From: Squalus acanthias
Lineage: Eukaryota
Direction: 5' to 3'
DNA: 64,000 nt
Assembly: GCA_030390025.1 (NCBI GenBank)
Contig: CM059431.1
Location: 114,268,001-114,332,000, forward strand
Of this stretch, positions 38,601 to 53,600 are shown piece by piece (the first letter of the stretch is position 1; each line of letters opens with the position of its first letter). The notes below the pieces were generated by a model, which searched no databases, was not told the origin of the DNA, and saw only the letters and a list, made by a program, of their open reading frames with translations. Position numbers and translations under genes: made by a program.

Positions 38601-41600
38601 TGTAATGTACAGGCATTGAGTGAAGGTAGCTGTAATATACAGGCATTGAGTGCAGCACCCCGTAATATACAGGCATTGAGTGCTGATAACTTTAATATAC
38701 AGGCATTGAGTGCAGATACCTGTAATGAACAGGGTTTTAGTACAGATACCTATAATGTACAGGCATTGAGTGCAGGTACCTGTAAAATACAGGCATTGAG
38801 TGCAGTAACCTGTAATGTACAGGCATTGAGTGCAGCTCCCTGTAATATACAGGCATTGACTGCAGATAACTTTAATATACAGACATTGTGTGAAAGTACC
38901 TGTAATGTACATGCATTGAGTGCAGATACCTATAATGTACAGGCATTGAGTGCAGGTACTAGTAATGTACATGCATTGAGTGCAGGTACCAGTAATGTAC
39001 AGGCATTCAGTGCAGGTTCCTGTAATATACAGGCATTAAGTGCAGGTACATGTAATGTACAGGCATTGTTTGCAGGTACCTGTATTGTACAGACATTGAG
39101 TGCAGGTACTAGTAATGTACATGCATTGAGTGCAGGTACCAGTAATGTACAGGCATTCAGTGCAGGTTCCTGTAATATACAGGCATTAAGTGCAGGTGCA
39201 TGTAATGTACAGGCATTGGTTGCAGGTACCTGTATTGTACAGACATTGAGTGCAGGTACCTGTGATACAAATGCATTGAGTGCAGGTAACTGAAATATAC
39301 AGGCATTGAGTACAGATAAGTGTAATATACAGGCATTGAATGCAGGTACCTGTAATGTAAAGGCACTGAGTACAAATACATGTAATGTACAGGCATTCTG
39401 TGCAGGTACTGGAATGTACAGGCATTGAGTGCAGGTACCTCTAATGTACAGGCATTGAATGCAGTTAGGTGTAATGTACAGGCATTGATTGCAGATATCT
39501 GTAATATACAGGCCTTGACTGCAGGTACCTGTAATACACAGCCATTCAGTGCAGATACCTGTAATGTATAGGCATTGAGTGCAGTAACATTAAATGTACA
39601 TGCATTGACTGCAGGTAACTTTAATTAACAGGCATTGAGTGCAGCTACCTGTAATGTACAGGCATTGAGCGCAGATAACTGTAATATACAGGCATTGAGT
39701 GCAGTTACCTGTAATATGCAGGCATTCAGTGCAGTTACCTGTAATATACAGGCATTGGGTGCAGGTACCTGTAATATACTGACATTGATTGCAGGTTCCT
39801 GTATTATACAGGCTTTGATTTCAGGTTCCTTTAATGTACAGGCATTGAGTGCAGTAGCCTATAATATACAGGCATTGAGTGCAGGTACCTGTAATGTACA
39901 TACATTGAGTGCAGGTTCCTGTAATGTACAGGCATTCAGTGCAGAGACCAATAATGTACAGGCATTGAGTGCAGGTACATATACTGTTCAGGCATTGACT
40001 GCAGGTACCTGTAATGTACAGGCATTGAGTGCATGTACATGTAATGTACAGGCATTGAGAGCAGATAACTGTAATATACAGGCATTGAGTGCAGTAACCA
40101 GAAATTAACAGGCATTGACTGCAGGTAACTTTAATTAACAGGCATTGAGTGCTGTACCTGTAATGTACATGCATTGAGAGCAGATATCTGTAATATACAG
40201 GCATTCAATGCAGGTACCTGTACTCTACAGGCATTGAGTGCAGTTAACTGTATTGTACATGCATTGAGTGCAGGAAACTCTAATGTACAGGCATTGAGTG
40301 CATGTACCTATAATATACAGGCATTGAGTGCAGTGCCCCATAATATACAGGCAATAAGTGCTGATAACTTTAATATGCAGGCATTGAGTGCAGGTACCTG
40401 TAATGTACAGGCATTGAATGCAGTTACCTGTAATATACAGGCATTGTGTGCAGGTACCTGTAATATACAAGTACTGAGTGCAGGTAACTGTAATATACAG
40501 GCATTGAATGCTGGTCCCTGTAATGTACAGGCATTGACTAAAAGTATCTGTAATGTACAGAAATTGAGTGCAGGTACCTGTAATATACAGGCAGTGAGTG
40601 CAGGTACTGGAATGTATAGGCATTGAGTGCAGCTACCTGTAATGTACAGGCATTGAGCGCAGATAACTGTAATATACAGGCATTGAGTGCAGTTACCTGT
40701 AATGTACAGGCATTCAGTGCAGTTACCTGTAATATACAGGCATTGGGTGCAGGTACCTGTAATATACTGACATTGATTGCAGGTTCCTGTATTATACAGG
40801 CTTTGAATTCAGGTTCCTTTAATGTACAGGCATTGAGTGCAGGTACCAGTAATGTACAGGCATTGAGTGCAGGCACCTGTAATATACAGGCATTAAGTGC
40901 AGGTATATGTAATTTTAAGGCATTGTTTGCAGGTACCTGTATTGTACAGGCATTGATTGCAGGTACCTGTAATGTACAGGCATTGAGTGCAGATATCTGT
41001 AATATACAGGCCTTGACTGCAGGTACCTGTAATACACAGGCATTGAGTGCAGACACCTGTAATGTATAGGCATTGAGTGCAGTAACCTTAAATGTACGTG
41101 CATTGACTGCAGGTAACTTTAATTAACTGGCATTGAGTGCAGCTACCTGTAATGTACAGGCATTGAGTGCAGATGACTGTAATATACAGGCATTGAGTGC
41201 AGTTACCTGTAATGTACAGGCATTCAGTGCAGTTACCTGTAATATACAGGCATTGGGTGCAGGTACCTGTAATATACTGACATTGATTGCAGGTTCCTGT
41301 ATTATACAGGCTTTGAATTCAGGTTCCTGTAATATACAGGCATTGAGTGCAGGTCCCTGTAATTTACAGGCATTCAGTGCAGAGACCAATAATGTACAGG
41401 CATTGAGTGCAGGTACCTATCCTGTTCAGGCATTGACAGCAGGTGCCTGTAATATACAGGCATTGAATGCAGTTAACTGTATTGTGCAGGCATTGAGTGC
41501 AGGAAACTGTAATGTACAGACATTGAGTGCAGGTACCTATAATATACAGGCATTGAGTGCTTTGCCCCATAATATACAGGCAATAAGTGCTGATATCTTT

Positions 41601-44600
41601 AATATACAGGCATTGAGTGCAGGTACCTGTAATGAACAGGCGTTTAGTGCAGCTCCCTGTAATATACAGGCATTGAGTTCAGATAACTTTAATATACAGG
41701 CATTGAGTGCAGGTACCTGGAATGTACATATCTTTGAGTGCAGATACGTATAATGTACATGCATTGAGTGCAGGTACCAGTAATGTACAGGCATTGAGTG
41801 CAGGCACCTGTAATATACAGGCATTAAGTGCAGGTATATGTAATTTTAAGGCATTGTTTGCAGGTACCTGTATTGTACAGGCATTGAGTGCAGGTACCTG
41901 TGATACACATGCATTGAGTGCAGGTAACTGAAATATACAGGCATTGAGTGCAGGTGCCTGTAATGTACAGGCATTGAATACAAGTATGTGTAATGTACAG
42001 GCATTGAGTCCAGGTACCTTTAATGTACAGGCATTGGGTGTGGGTACCTGTAATATACAGACATTGACTACCAGTACCTGTAGCATACAGGTATTGATTG
42101 CAGGTACCTGTAATGTACAGGCATTGAGAGTAGGTACCTGTAATGTACAGGCGTTGTGTGCAGGGACTGGAATGTACAGGCATTGATTGCAGGTACCTGT
42201 AATGTACAGGCATTGAGTGCAGGTTACTGTAATATACAGGCATTGAATGCAGGTGCCTGTAATGTACAGGCATTGAGTGCAGGTTACTGTAATATACAGG
42301 CATTGAATGCAGGTGCCTGTAATGTACAGGCATTGAGTGCAGGTATCTGTAATATACAGGCATTGAGTGCAGGTAACTAATATACAGGCATTGACTGCAG
42401 ATACCTGTAATACACAGGAATTGAGTGCAGGTACCTGTAATTTACAGGCAGTGAGGGCAGGTACTGGAATGTACAGGCATTGAGTGCAGGTACCTGTAAT
42501 GTACAGGCATTGAGAGCAGATAATTGTAATATACAGACAGTGACTGCAGATACCTGTAATACACAGGCATTGAGTGCAGGTACCTGTAATGCACAGGCAT
42601 TGAGTGCAGCAACCTGAAATGTACAGGCATTGAATGCAGGTAACTTTAATTAACAGGCATTGAGTGCAGGTACCTGTAATGTACAGGCATTGAGCGCAGG
42701 TACCTGTATTGTACAGGCATTGAGTGCAGGTACCTGTAATATACAGGCATTGACTTCAGTTACCTGTACTATACAGGCATTGAGTGCAGCTCCCTGTAAT
42801 ATGTAGGCATTGAGTGGAGATAACTTTAATATACAGGCATTGAGTGCAGGTACCTGTAATATACATGCATTGAGTGCAGGTACCTGTAATGTACTAGCAT
42901 TGAGTGCAGGTACGTGTAATATACAGTCATTGAGTGTGAGTACGTGTAATATACTGACATTGACTACCAGTACCTGTAATGAACAGGTATTGATTGCAGG
43001 TACCTGCAATGGACAGGCATTGAGTGCAGGTAACTGTAAAGTACAGGCATTGTATGCAGTCACCTGTAACATACAGACATTGAGTGCAGGTACCTGTAAT
43101 ATACAGGCATTGAGTGCAGGTAACTGTAATACACAGGCATTGTGTGCATTAACCAGAAATTTACAGGCATTGAATGCAGGTAACTTGAATTAACAGGCAT
43201 TGAGTGCAGGTACCTGTAATGTACAGGCATTGAGAGCAGATAACTGTAATATACAGTCATTGAGTGCAGGTACCCGTAATCTACAGGCATTGACTACAAA
43301 TACTTGGAATGTACAGGCATTGAGTGCAGGTACCGGTAGTTTACAGGCATTGAGTGCAGGTACTGGAATGTACAGGCATTGAGTGCAGGTACCTGTAATG
43401 TACAGGCATTGAGTGAAGATAATTGTAATATACAGGCATTGACTGCAGATACCTGTAATACACAGGCATTGAGTGCAGGCACCTGTAATGTACAGGCATT
43501 GAGCACAGGTACCTGTATTGTACAGGCTTTGAGTGGAGATACCTGTAATATACAGGCATTCACTGTAGTTACCTGTAATATACAGGCATTGAGCGCAGGT
43601 AACTTTAATATACAGGCATTGCGAGCTGCTACCTGTAATGCACAGATATTGAGTGAAGGTACCTGTAATATACAGGCATTGACTGCAGGTACCTTTACTA
43701 TACAGGCATTGAATGCAGGTACATGTAATGTACAGGCATTGTTTGCAGGTACCAGTAATGTACTAGCATTGTGTACAGGTACCTGTAATATACAGTCATT
43801 GAGTTTGGGTACGTGTAATATACAGACAATGACTACCAGTACCTGTAATGTACAGGTATTGATTGCAGGTACCTGTTATGTACAGGCATTGAGTGCAGGT
43901 AAACTGTAATATAGAGGCATTGAGTCAGGTAACTGCAATGTACAGGCATTGTGTGCAGTTACCTGTAATATACAGGCATTGAGTGCAGGTACCTGTAACA
44001 TACAGGCATTGCGTGCAGGTACCTGTAACATACAGGCATTGCGTGCAGGTACCTGTAACATACAGGCATTGCGTGCAGGTACCTGTAACATACAGGCATT
44101 GAGTGCAGGTACCTGTAATATACAGGCATTGACTGCAGGTTCCTGTAATACACAGGCATTGAGTGCAGGTAACTTTAATTAATAGGCATTGAGTGCTGTA
44201 CCTGTAATGTACAGGCATTGAGAGCATATAAATATAATATACTGACATTGAGTGCAGATACCTGTAATCTATAGGCATTGATTGCAGGTACCTGTATTGC
44301 ACAGGCATTGAGAGCAGGAAACTGTAATGTACAGGCATTGAGTGAAGGTAGCTGTAATATACAGGCATTGAGTGCAGCACCCCGTAATATACAGGCATTG
44401 AGTGCTGATAACTTTAATATACAGGCATTGAGTGCAGGTACCTGTAATGAACAGGGTTTTAGTACAGATACCTATAATGTACAGGCATTGAGTGCAGGTA
44501 CCTGTAAAATACAGGCATTGAGTGCAGTAACCTGTAATGTACAGGCATTGAGTGCAGCTCCCTGTAATATACAGGCATTGACTGCAGATAACTTTAATAT

Positions 44601-47600
44601 ACAGACATTGTGTGAAAGTACCTGTAATGTACATGCATTGAGTGCAGATACCTATAATGTACAGGCATTGAGTGCAGGTACTAGTAATGTACATGCATTG
44701 AGTGCAGGTACCAGTAATGTACAGGCATTCAGTGCAGGTTCCTGTAATATACAGGCATTAAGTGCAGGTACATGTAATGTACAGGCATTGTTTGCAGGTA
44801 CCTGTATTGTACAGACATTGAGTGCAGGTACTAGTAATGTACATGCATTGAGTGCAGGTACCAGTAATGTACAGGCATTCAGTGCAGGTTCCTGTAATAT
44901 ACAGGCATTAAGTGCAGGTGCATGTAATGTACAGGCATTGGTTGCAGGTACCTGTATTGTACAGACATTGAGTGCAGGTACCTGTGATACAAATGCATTG
45001 AGTGCAGGTAACTGAAATATACAGGCATTGAGTACAGATAAGTGTAATATACAGGCATTGAATGCAGGTACCTGTAATGTAAAGGCACTGAGTACAAATA
45101 CATGTAATGTACAGGCATTCTGTGCAGGTACTGGAATGTACAGGCATTGAGTGCAGGTACCTCTAATGTACAGGCATTGAATGCAGTTACGTGTAATGTA
45201 CAGGCATTGATTGCAGATATCTGTAATATACAGGCCTTGACTGCAGGTACCTGTAATACACAGCCATTCAGTGCAGATACCTGTAATGTATAGGCATTGA
45301 GTGCAGTAACATTAAATGTACATGCATTGACTGCAGGTAACTTTAATTAACAGGCATTGAGTGCAGCTACCTGTAATGTACAGGCATTGAGCGCAGATAA
45401 CTGTAATATACAGGCATTGAGTGCAGTTACCTGTAATATGCAGGCATTCAGTGCAGTTACCTGTAATATACAGGCATTGGGTGCAGGTACCTGTAATATA
45501 CTGACATTGATTGCAGGTTCCTGTATTATACAGGCTTTGATTTCAGGTTCCTTTAATGTACAGGCATTGAGTGCAGTAGCCTATAATATACAGGCATTGA
45601 GTGCAGGTACCTGTAATGTACATACATTGAGTGCAGGTTCCTGTAATGTACAGGCATTCAGTGCAGAGACCAATAATGTACAGGCATTGAGTGCAGGTAC
45701 ATATACTGTTCAGGCATTGACTGCAGGTACCTGTAATGTACAGGCATTGAGTGCATGTACATGTAATGTACAGGCATTGAGAGCAGATAACTGTAATATA
45801 CAGGCATTGAGTGCAGTAACCAGAAATTAACAGGCATTGACTGCAGGTAACTTTAATTAACAGGCATTGAGTGCTGTACCTGTAATGTACATGCATTGAG
45901 AGCAGATATCTGTAATATACAGCCATTCAATGCAGGTACCTGTACTCTACAGGCATTGAGTGCAGTTAACTGTATTGTACATGCATTGAGTGCAGGAAAC
46001 TCTAATGTACAGGCATTGAGTGCAGTGCCCCATAATATACAGGCAATAAGTGCTGATAACTTTAATATGCAGGCATTGAGTGCAGGTACCTGTAATGTAC
46101 AGGCATTGAATGCAGTTACCTGTAATATACAGGCATTGTGTGCAGGTACCTGTAATATACAAGTACTGAGTGCAGGTAACTGTAATATACAGGCATTGAA
46201 TGCTGGTCCCTGTAATGTACAGGCATTGACTAAAAGTATCTGTAATGTACAGAAATTGAGTGCAGGTACCTGTAATATACAGGCAGTGAGTGCAGGTACT
46301 GGAATGTATAGGCATTGATTGCAGGTACCTGTAATGTACAGGCATTGAGTGCAGATATCTGTAATATACAGGCCTTGACTGCAGGTACCTGTAATACACA
46401 GGCATTGAGTGCAGACACCTGTAATGTATAGGCATTGAGTGCAGTAACCTTAAATGTACGTGCATTGACTGCAGGTAACTTTAATTAACTGGCATTGAGT
46501 GCAGCTACCTGTAATGTACAGGCATTGAGTGCAGATGACTGTAATATACAGGCATTGAGTGCAGTTACCTGTAATGTACAGGCATTCAGTGCAGTTACCT
46601 GTAATATACAGGCATTGGGTGCAGGTACCTGTAATATACTGACATTGATTGCAGGTTCCTGTATTATACAGGCTTTGATTTCAGGTTCCTTTAATGTACA
46701 GGCATTGAGTGCAGGTACCTGTAATGTACAGGCATTGAGTGCAGGTCCCTGTAATGTACACACATTGAGTGCAGGTTCCTGTAATATACAGGCATTGAGT
46801 GCAGGTCCCTGTAATTTACAGGCATTCAGTGCAGAGACCAATAATGTACAGGCATTGAGTGCAGGTACCTATCCTGTTCAGGCATTGACAGCAGGTGCCT
46901 GTAATATACAGGCATTGAATGCAGTTAACTGTATTGTGCAGGCATTGAGTGCAGGAAACTGTAATGTACAGACACTGAGTGCAGGTACCTATAATATACA
47001 GGCATTGAGTGCATTGCCCCATAATATACAGGCAATAAGTGCTGATATCTTTAATATACAGGCATTGAGTGCAGGTACCTGTAATGAACAGGCGTTTAGT
47101 GCAGCTCCCTGTAATATACAGGCATTGAGTTCAGATAACTTTAATATACAGGCATTGAGTGCAGGTACCTGGAATGTACATATCTTTGAGTGCAGATACG
47201 TATAATGTACATGCATTGAGTGCAGGTACCAGTAATGTACAGGCATTGAGTGCAGGCACCTGTAATATACAGGCATTAAGTGCAGGTATATGTAATTTTA
47301 AGGCATTGTTTGCAGGTACCTGTATTGTACAGGCATTGAGTGCAGGTACCTGTGATACACATACACTGAGTGCAGGGAACTGAAATATACAGGCATTGAG
47401 TGCAGGTGCCTGTAATGTACAGGCATTGAATACAAGTATGTGTAATGTACAGGCATTGAGTCCAGGTACCTTTAATGTACAGGCATTGGGTGTGGGTACC
47501 TGTAATATACAGACATTGACTACCAGTACCTGTAGCATACAGGTATTGATTGCAGGTACCTGTAATGTACAGGCATTGAGAGTAGGTACCTGTAATGTAC

Positions 47601-50600
47601 AGGCGTTGTGTGCAGGGACTGGAATGTACAGGCATTGATTGCAGGTACCTGTAATGTACAGGCATTGAGTGCAGGTTACTGTAATATACAGGCATTGAAT
47701 GCAGGTGCCTGTAATGTACAGGCATTGAGTGCAGGTAACTGTAATATACAGGCATTGTGAGCTGCTACCTGTAATGCACAGATATTGAGTGAAGGTACCT
47801 GTAATATACAGGCATTGACTGCAGGTACCTGTACTATACAGGCATTGAATGCAGGTACATGTAATGTACAGGCATTGTTTGCAGGTACCAGTAATGTACT
47901 AGCATTGAGTGCAGGTACCTGTAATATTCAGTCATTGAGTTTGGGTACGTGTAATATACAGACATTGACTACCAGTACCTGTGATGTACAGGCATTGAGT
48001 GCAGTCACCTGTAATATACAGGCATTGAGTGCAGGTACCTGTAATATACAGGCATTGAGTGCAGGTAACTGCAATATACAAGCATTGAATGCAGGTACCT
48101 GTAATGTACAGGCATTGACTATAAGTACCTGTAATATACAGGCATTGACTGCAGGTAACTTTAATTAACAGGCATTGAGTGCAGGTACCTGTAATGTACA
48201 GGCATTGAGAGCAGATAACTGTAATATACAGTCATTGAGTGCAGGTACCTGTAATCTACAGGCATTGACTACAACTACTTGTAATGTACAGGCATTGAGT
48301 GTAGGTACCAGTAATTTACAGGCAGTGAGTGCAGGTACTGGAATGTACAGGCATTGAGTGAAGATAATTGTAATATACAGGCATTGACTGCAGATACCTG
48401 TAATACACAGGCATTGAGTGCAGGCACCTGTAATGTACAGGCATTGAGCGCAGGTACCTGTATTGTACAGGCATTGAGTGGAGATACCTGTAATAAACAG
48501 GCATTCACTGTAGTTACCTGTAATATACAGGCATTGAGCGCAGGTAACTTTAATATACAGGCATTGCGAGCTGCTACCTGTAATGCACAGATATTGAGTG
48601 AAGGTACCTGTAATATACAGGCATTGACTGCAGGTACCTGTACTATACAGGCATTGAATGCAGGTACATGTAATGTACAGGCATTGTTTGCAGGTACCAG
48701 TAATGTACTAGCATTGTGTGCAGGTACCTGTAATATACAGTCATTGAGTTTGGGTACGTGTAATATAAAGACAATGACTACCAGTACCTGTAATGTACAG
48801 GTATTGATTGCAGGTACCTGTAATGTACAGGCATTGAGTGCAGGTAAACTGTAATATAGAGGCATTGAGTCAGGTAACTGTAATGTACAGGCATTGAGTG
48901 CAGTTACCTGTAATATACAGGCATTGAGTGCAGGTACCTGTAATATACAGGCATTGACTGCAGGTTCCTGTAATACACAGGCATTGAGTGCAGGTAACTT
49001 TAATTAATAGGCATTGAGTGCTGTACCTGTAATGTACAGGCATTGAGAGCAGATAAATATAATATACTGGCATTGAGTGCAGATACCTGTAATCTATAGG
49101 CATTGAGTGCAGGTACCTGTATTGCACAGGCATTGAGAGCAGGTAGCTGTAATATACAGGCATTGAGTGCAGCACCCCGTAATATACAGGCATTGAGTGC
49201 TGATAACTTTAATATACAGGCATTGAGTGCAGGTACCTGTAATGAACAGGGTTTTAGTACAGATACCTATAATGTACAGGCATTGAGTGCAGGTACCTGT
49301 AAAATACAGGCATTAAGTGCAGTAACCTGTAATGTACAGGCATTGAGTGCAGCTCCCTGTAATATACAGGCATTGACTGCAGATAACTTTAATATACAGA
49401 CATTGTGTGCAAGTACCTGTAATGTACATGCATTGAGTGCAGATACCTATAATGTACAGGCATTGAGTGCAGGTACTAGTAATGTACATGCATTGAGTGC
49501 AGGTACCAGTAATGTACAGGCATTCAGTGCAGGTTCCTGTAATATACAGGCATTAAGTGCAGGTACATGTAATGTACAGGCTTTGGTTGCAGGTACCTGT
49601 ATTGTACAGACATTGAGTGCAGGTACTAGTAAAGTACATGCATTGAGTGCAGGTACCAGTAATGTACAGGCATTCAGTGCAGGTTCCTGTAATATACAGG
49701 CATTAAGTGCAGGTGCATGTAATGTACAGGCATTGGTTGCAGGTACCTGTATTGTACAGACATTGAGTGCAGGTACCTGTGATACAAATGCATTGAGTGC
49801 AGGTAACTGAAATATACAGGCATTGAGTACAGATAAGTGTAATATACAGGCATTGAATGCAGGTACCTGTAATGTAAAGGCACTGAGTACAAATACATGT
49901 AATGTACAGGCATTCTGTGCAGGTACTGGAATGTACAGGCATTGAGTGCAGGTACCTCTAATGTACAGGCATTGAATGCAGTTACGTGTAATGTACAGGC
50001 ATTGATTGCAGATACCTGTAATATACAGGCCTTGACTGCAGGTACCTGTAATACACAGCCATTGAGTGCAGATACCTGTAATGTATAGGCATTGAGTGCA
50101 GTAACATTAAATGTACATGCATTGACTGCAGGTAACTTTAATTAACAGGCATTGAGTGCAGCTACCTGTAATGTACAGGCATTGAGCACAGATAACTGTA
50201 ATATACAGGCATTGAGTGCAGTTACCTGTAATATGCAGGCATTCAGTGCAGTTACCTGTAATATACAGGCATTGGGTGCAGGTACCTGTAATATACTGAC
50301 ATTGATTGCAGGTTCCTAATTATACAGGCTTTGATTTCAGGTTCCTTTAATGTACAGGCATTGAGTGCAGTAGCCTATAATATATAGGCATTGAGTGCAG
50401 GTACCTGTAATGTACATACATTGAGTGCAGGTTCCTGTAATGTACAGGCATTCAGTGCAGAGACCAATAATGTACAGGCATTGAGTGCAGGTACATATAC
50501 TGTTCAGGCATTGACTGCAGGTACCTGTAATGTACAGGCATTGAGAGCAGATATCTGTAATATACAGGCATTGAGTGCAGTAACCAGAAATTAACAGGCA

Positions 50601-53600
50601 TTGACTGCAGGTAACTTTAATTAACAGGCATTGAGTGCAGTTAACTGTATTGTACATGCATTGAGTGCAGGAAACTCTAATGTACAGGCATTGAGTGCAT
50701 GTACCTATAATATACAGGCATTGAGTGCAGTGCCCCATAATATACAGGCAATAAGTGCTGATAACTTTAATATGCAGGCATTGAGTGCAGGTACCTGTAA
50801 TGTACAGGCATTGAATGCAGTTACCTGTAATATACAGGCATTGTGTGCAGGTACCTGTAATATACAAGTACTGAGTGCAGGTAACTGTAATATACAGGCA
50901 TTGAATGCTGGTCCCTGTAATGTACAGGCATTGACTAAAAGTACCTGTAATGTACAGAAATTGAGTGCAGGTACCTGTAATATACAGGCAGTGAGTGCAG
51001 GTACTGGAATGTATAGGCATTGATTGCAGGTACCTGTAATGTACAGGCATTGAGTGCAGATATCTGTAATATACAGGCCTTGACTGCAGGTACCTGTAAT
51101 ACACAGGCATTGAGTGCAGACACCTGTAATGTATAGGCATTGAGTGCAGTAACCTAAAATGTACGTGCATTGACTGCAGGTAACTTTAATTAACAGGCAT
51201 TGAGTGCAGCTACCTGTAATGTACAGGCATTGAGTGCAGATGACTGTAATATACAGGCATTGAGTGCAGTTACCTGTAATGTACAGGCATTCAGTGCAGT
51301 TCCCTGTAATATACAGGCATTGGGTGCAGGTACCTGTAATATACTGACATTGATTGCAGGTTCCTGTATTATACAGGCTTTGAATTCAGGTTCCTTTAAT
51401 GTACAGGCATTGAGTGCAGGTTCCTGTAATATACAGGCATTGAGTGCAGGTCCCTGTAATTTACAGGCATTGAGTGCAGGTCCCTGTAATTTACAGGCAT
51501 TGAGTGCAGAGACCAATAATGTACAGGCATTGAGTGCAGGTACCTATCCTGTTCAGGCATTGACAGCAGGTGCCTGTAATATACAGGCATTGAATGCAGT
51601 TAACTGTATTGTGCAGGCATTGAGTGCAGGAAACTGTAATGTACAGGCATTGAGTGCAGGTACCTATAATATACAGGCATTGAGTGCTTTGCCCCATAAT
51701 ATACAGGCAATAAGTGCTGATATCTTTAATATACAGGCATTGAGTGCAGGTACCTGTAATGAACAGGCGTTTAGTGCAGCTCCCTGTAATATACAGGCTT
51801 TGAGTTCAGATAACTTTAATATACAGGCATTGAGTGCAGGTACCTGGAATGTACATATCTTTGAGTGCAGAAACGTAAAATGTACATGCATTGAGTGCAG
51901 GTACCAGTAATGTACAGGCATTGAGTGCAGGCACCTGTAATATACAGGCATTAAGTGCAGGTATATGTAATTTTAAGGCATTGTTTGCAGGTACCTGTAT
52001 TGTACAGGCATTGATTGCAGGTACCTGTGATACACATGCATTGAGTGCAGGTAACTGAAATATACAGGCATTGAGTGCAGGTGCCTGTAATGTATAGGCA
52101 TTGAATACAAGTATGTGTAATGTACAGGCATTGAGTCCAGGTACCTTTAATGTACAGGCATTGGGTGTGGGTACCTGTAATATACAGACATTGACTACCA
52201 GTACCTGTAGCATACAGGTATTGATTGCAGGTACCTGTAATGTACAGGCATTGAGAGTAGGTACCTGTAATGTACAGGCGTTGTGTGCAGGGACTGGAAT
52301 GTACAGGCATTGATTGCAGGTACCTGTAATGTACAGGCATTGAGTGCAGGTTACTGTAATATACAGGCATTGAATGCAGGTGCCTGTAATGTACAGGCAT
52401 TGAGTGCAGGTTACTGTAATATACAGGCATTGAATGCAGGTGCCTGTAATGTACAGGCATTGAATACAAGTATGTGTAATGTACAGGCATAGAGTCCAGG
52501 TACCTTTAATGTACAGGTATTGGGTGAGGGTACCTGTAGTATACAGACATTGACTACCAGTACCTGTAGCATACAGGTATTGATTGCAGGTACCTGTAAT
52601 GTACAGGCATTGAGAGTAGGTACCTGTAATGTACAGGCATTAAGTGCAGTAACTTGAAATGTACAGGCATTGACTGCAGGTAAATATAATGAACAAGCAT
52701 TGAGTGCAGGTACCTGTATTATACAGGAATTCAGTGCAGGTACCTATAACATACAGGTATTGATTGCAGGTACCTGTAATGTACAGGCATTGAGTGCAGG
52801 TACCTGTAATGTACAGGCATTGAGTGCAGATAACTGTAATATACAGGCACTGAGTGCAGGTACCTATATTATACAGGAATTCCGTGCAGGTACCTGTAAT
52901 ATACAGGCATTGAGTGCAGGTAGCTGTAATGTACAGTTATTGAGTGCAGGTAACTGTAATGTTCAGGCATTGTGTGCAGTTACCTGTAATATACAGGTAC
53001 TGGAATGTAGAAGCATTGAGTGCAGGTACCTGTACTCTACATGCATTGAATGCAGTTAACTGTATTGTACATGCATTGAGTGCAGGAAACTCTAATGTAC
53101 AGGCATTGAGTGCATGTACCTATAATATACAGGCATTGAGTGCAATGCCCCATAATATACAGGCAATAAGTGCTGTTAACTTTAATATACAGGTATTGAG
53201 TGCAGGTACCTGTAATGTACAGGCATTGAATGCAGTTACCTGTAATATACAGGCATTGAGTGCAGGTATCTGTAATATACAAGTACTGAGTGCAGGTAAC
53301 TGTAATGTACAGAAATTGAGTGCAGGTACCTGTAATATACAGGCAGAGAGTGCAGGTACTGGAATGTATAGGCATTGATTGCAGGTACCTGTAATGTACA
53401 GGCATTGAGTGCAGATATCTGTAATATACAGGCCTTGACTGCAGGTACCTGTAATACGCAGCCATTGAGTGCAAATACCTGTAATGTATAGGCATTGAGT
53501 GCAGTAACCTTAAATGTACATGCATTGACTGCAGGTAACTTTAATTAACAGGCATTGAGTGCAGCTACCTGTAATGTACAGGCATTGAGTGCAGATGACT

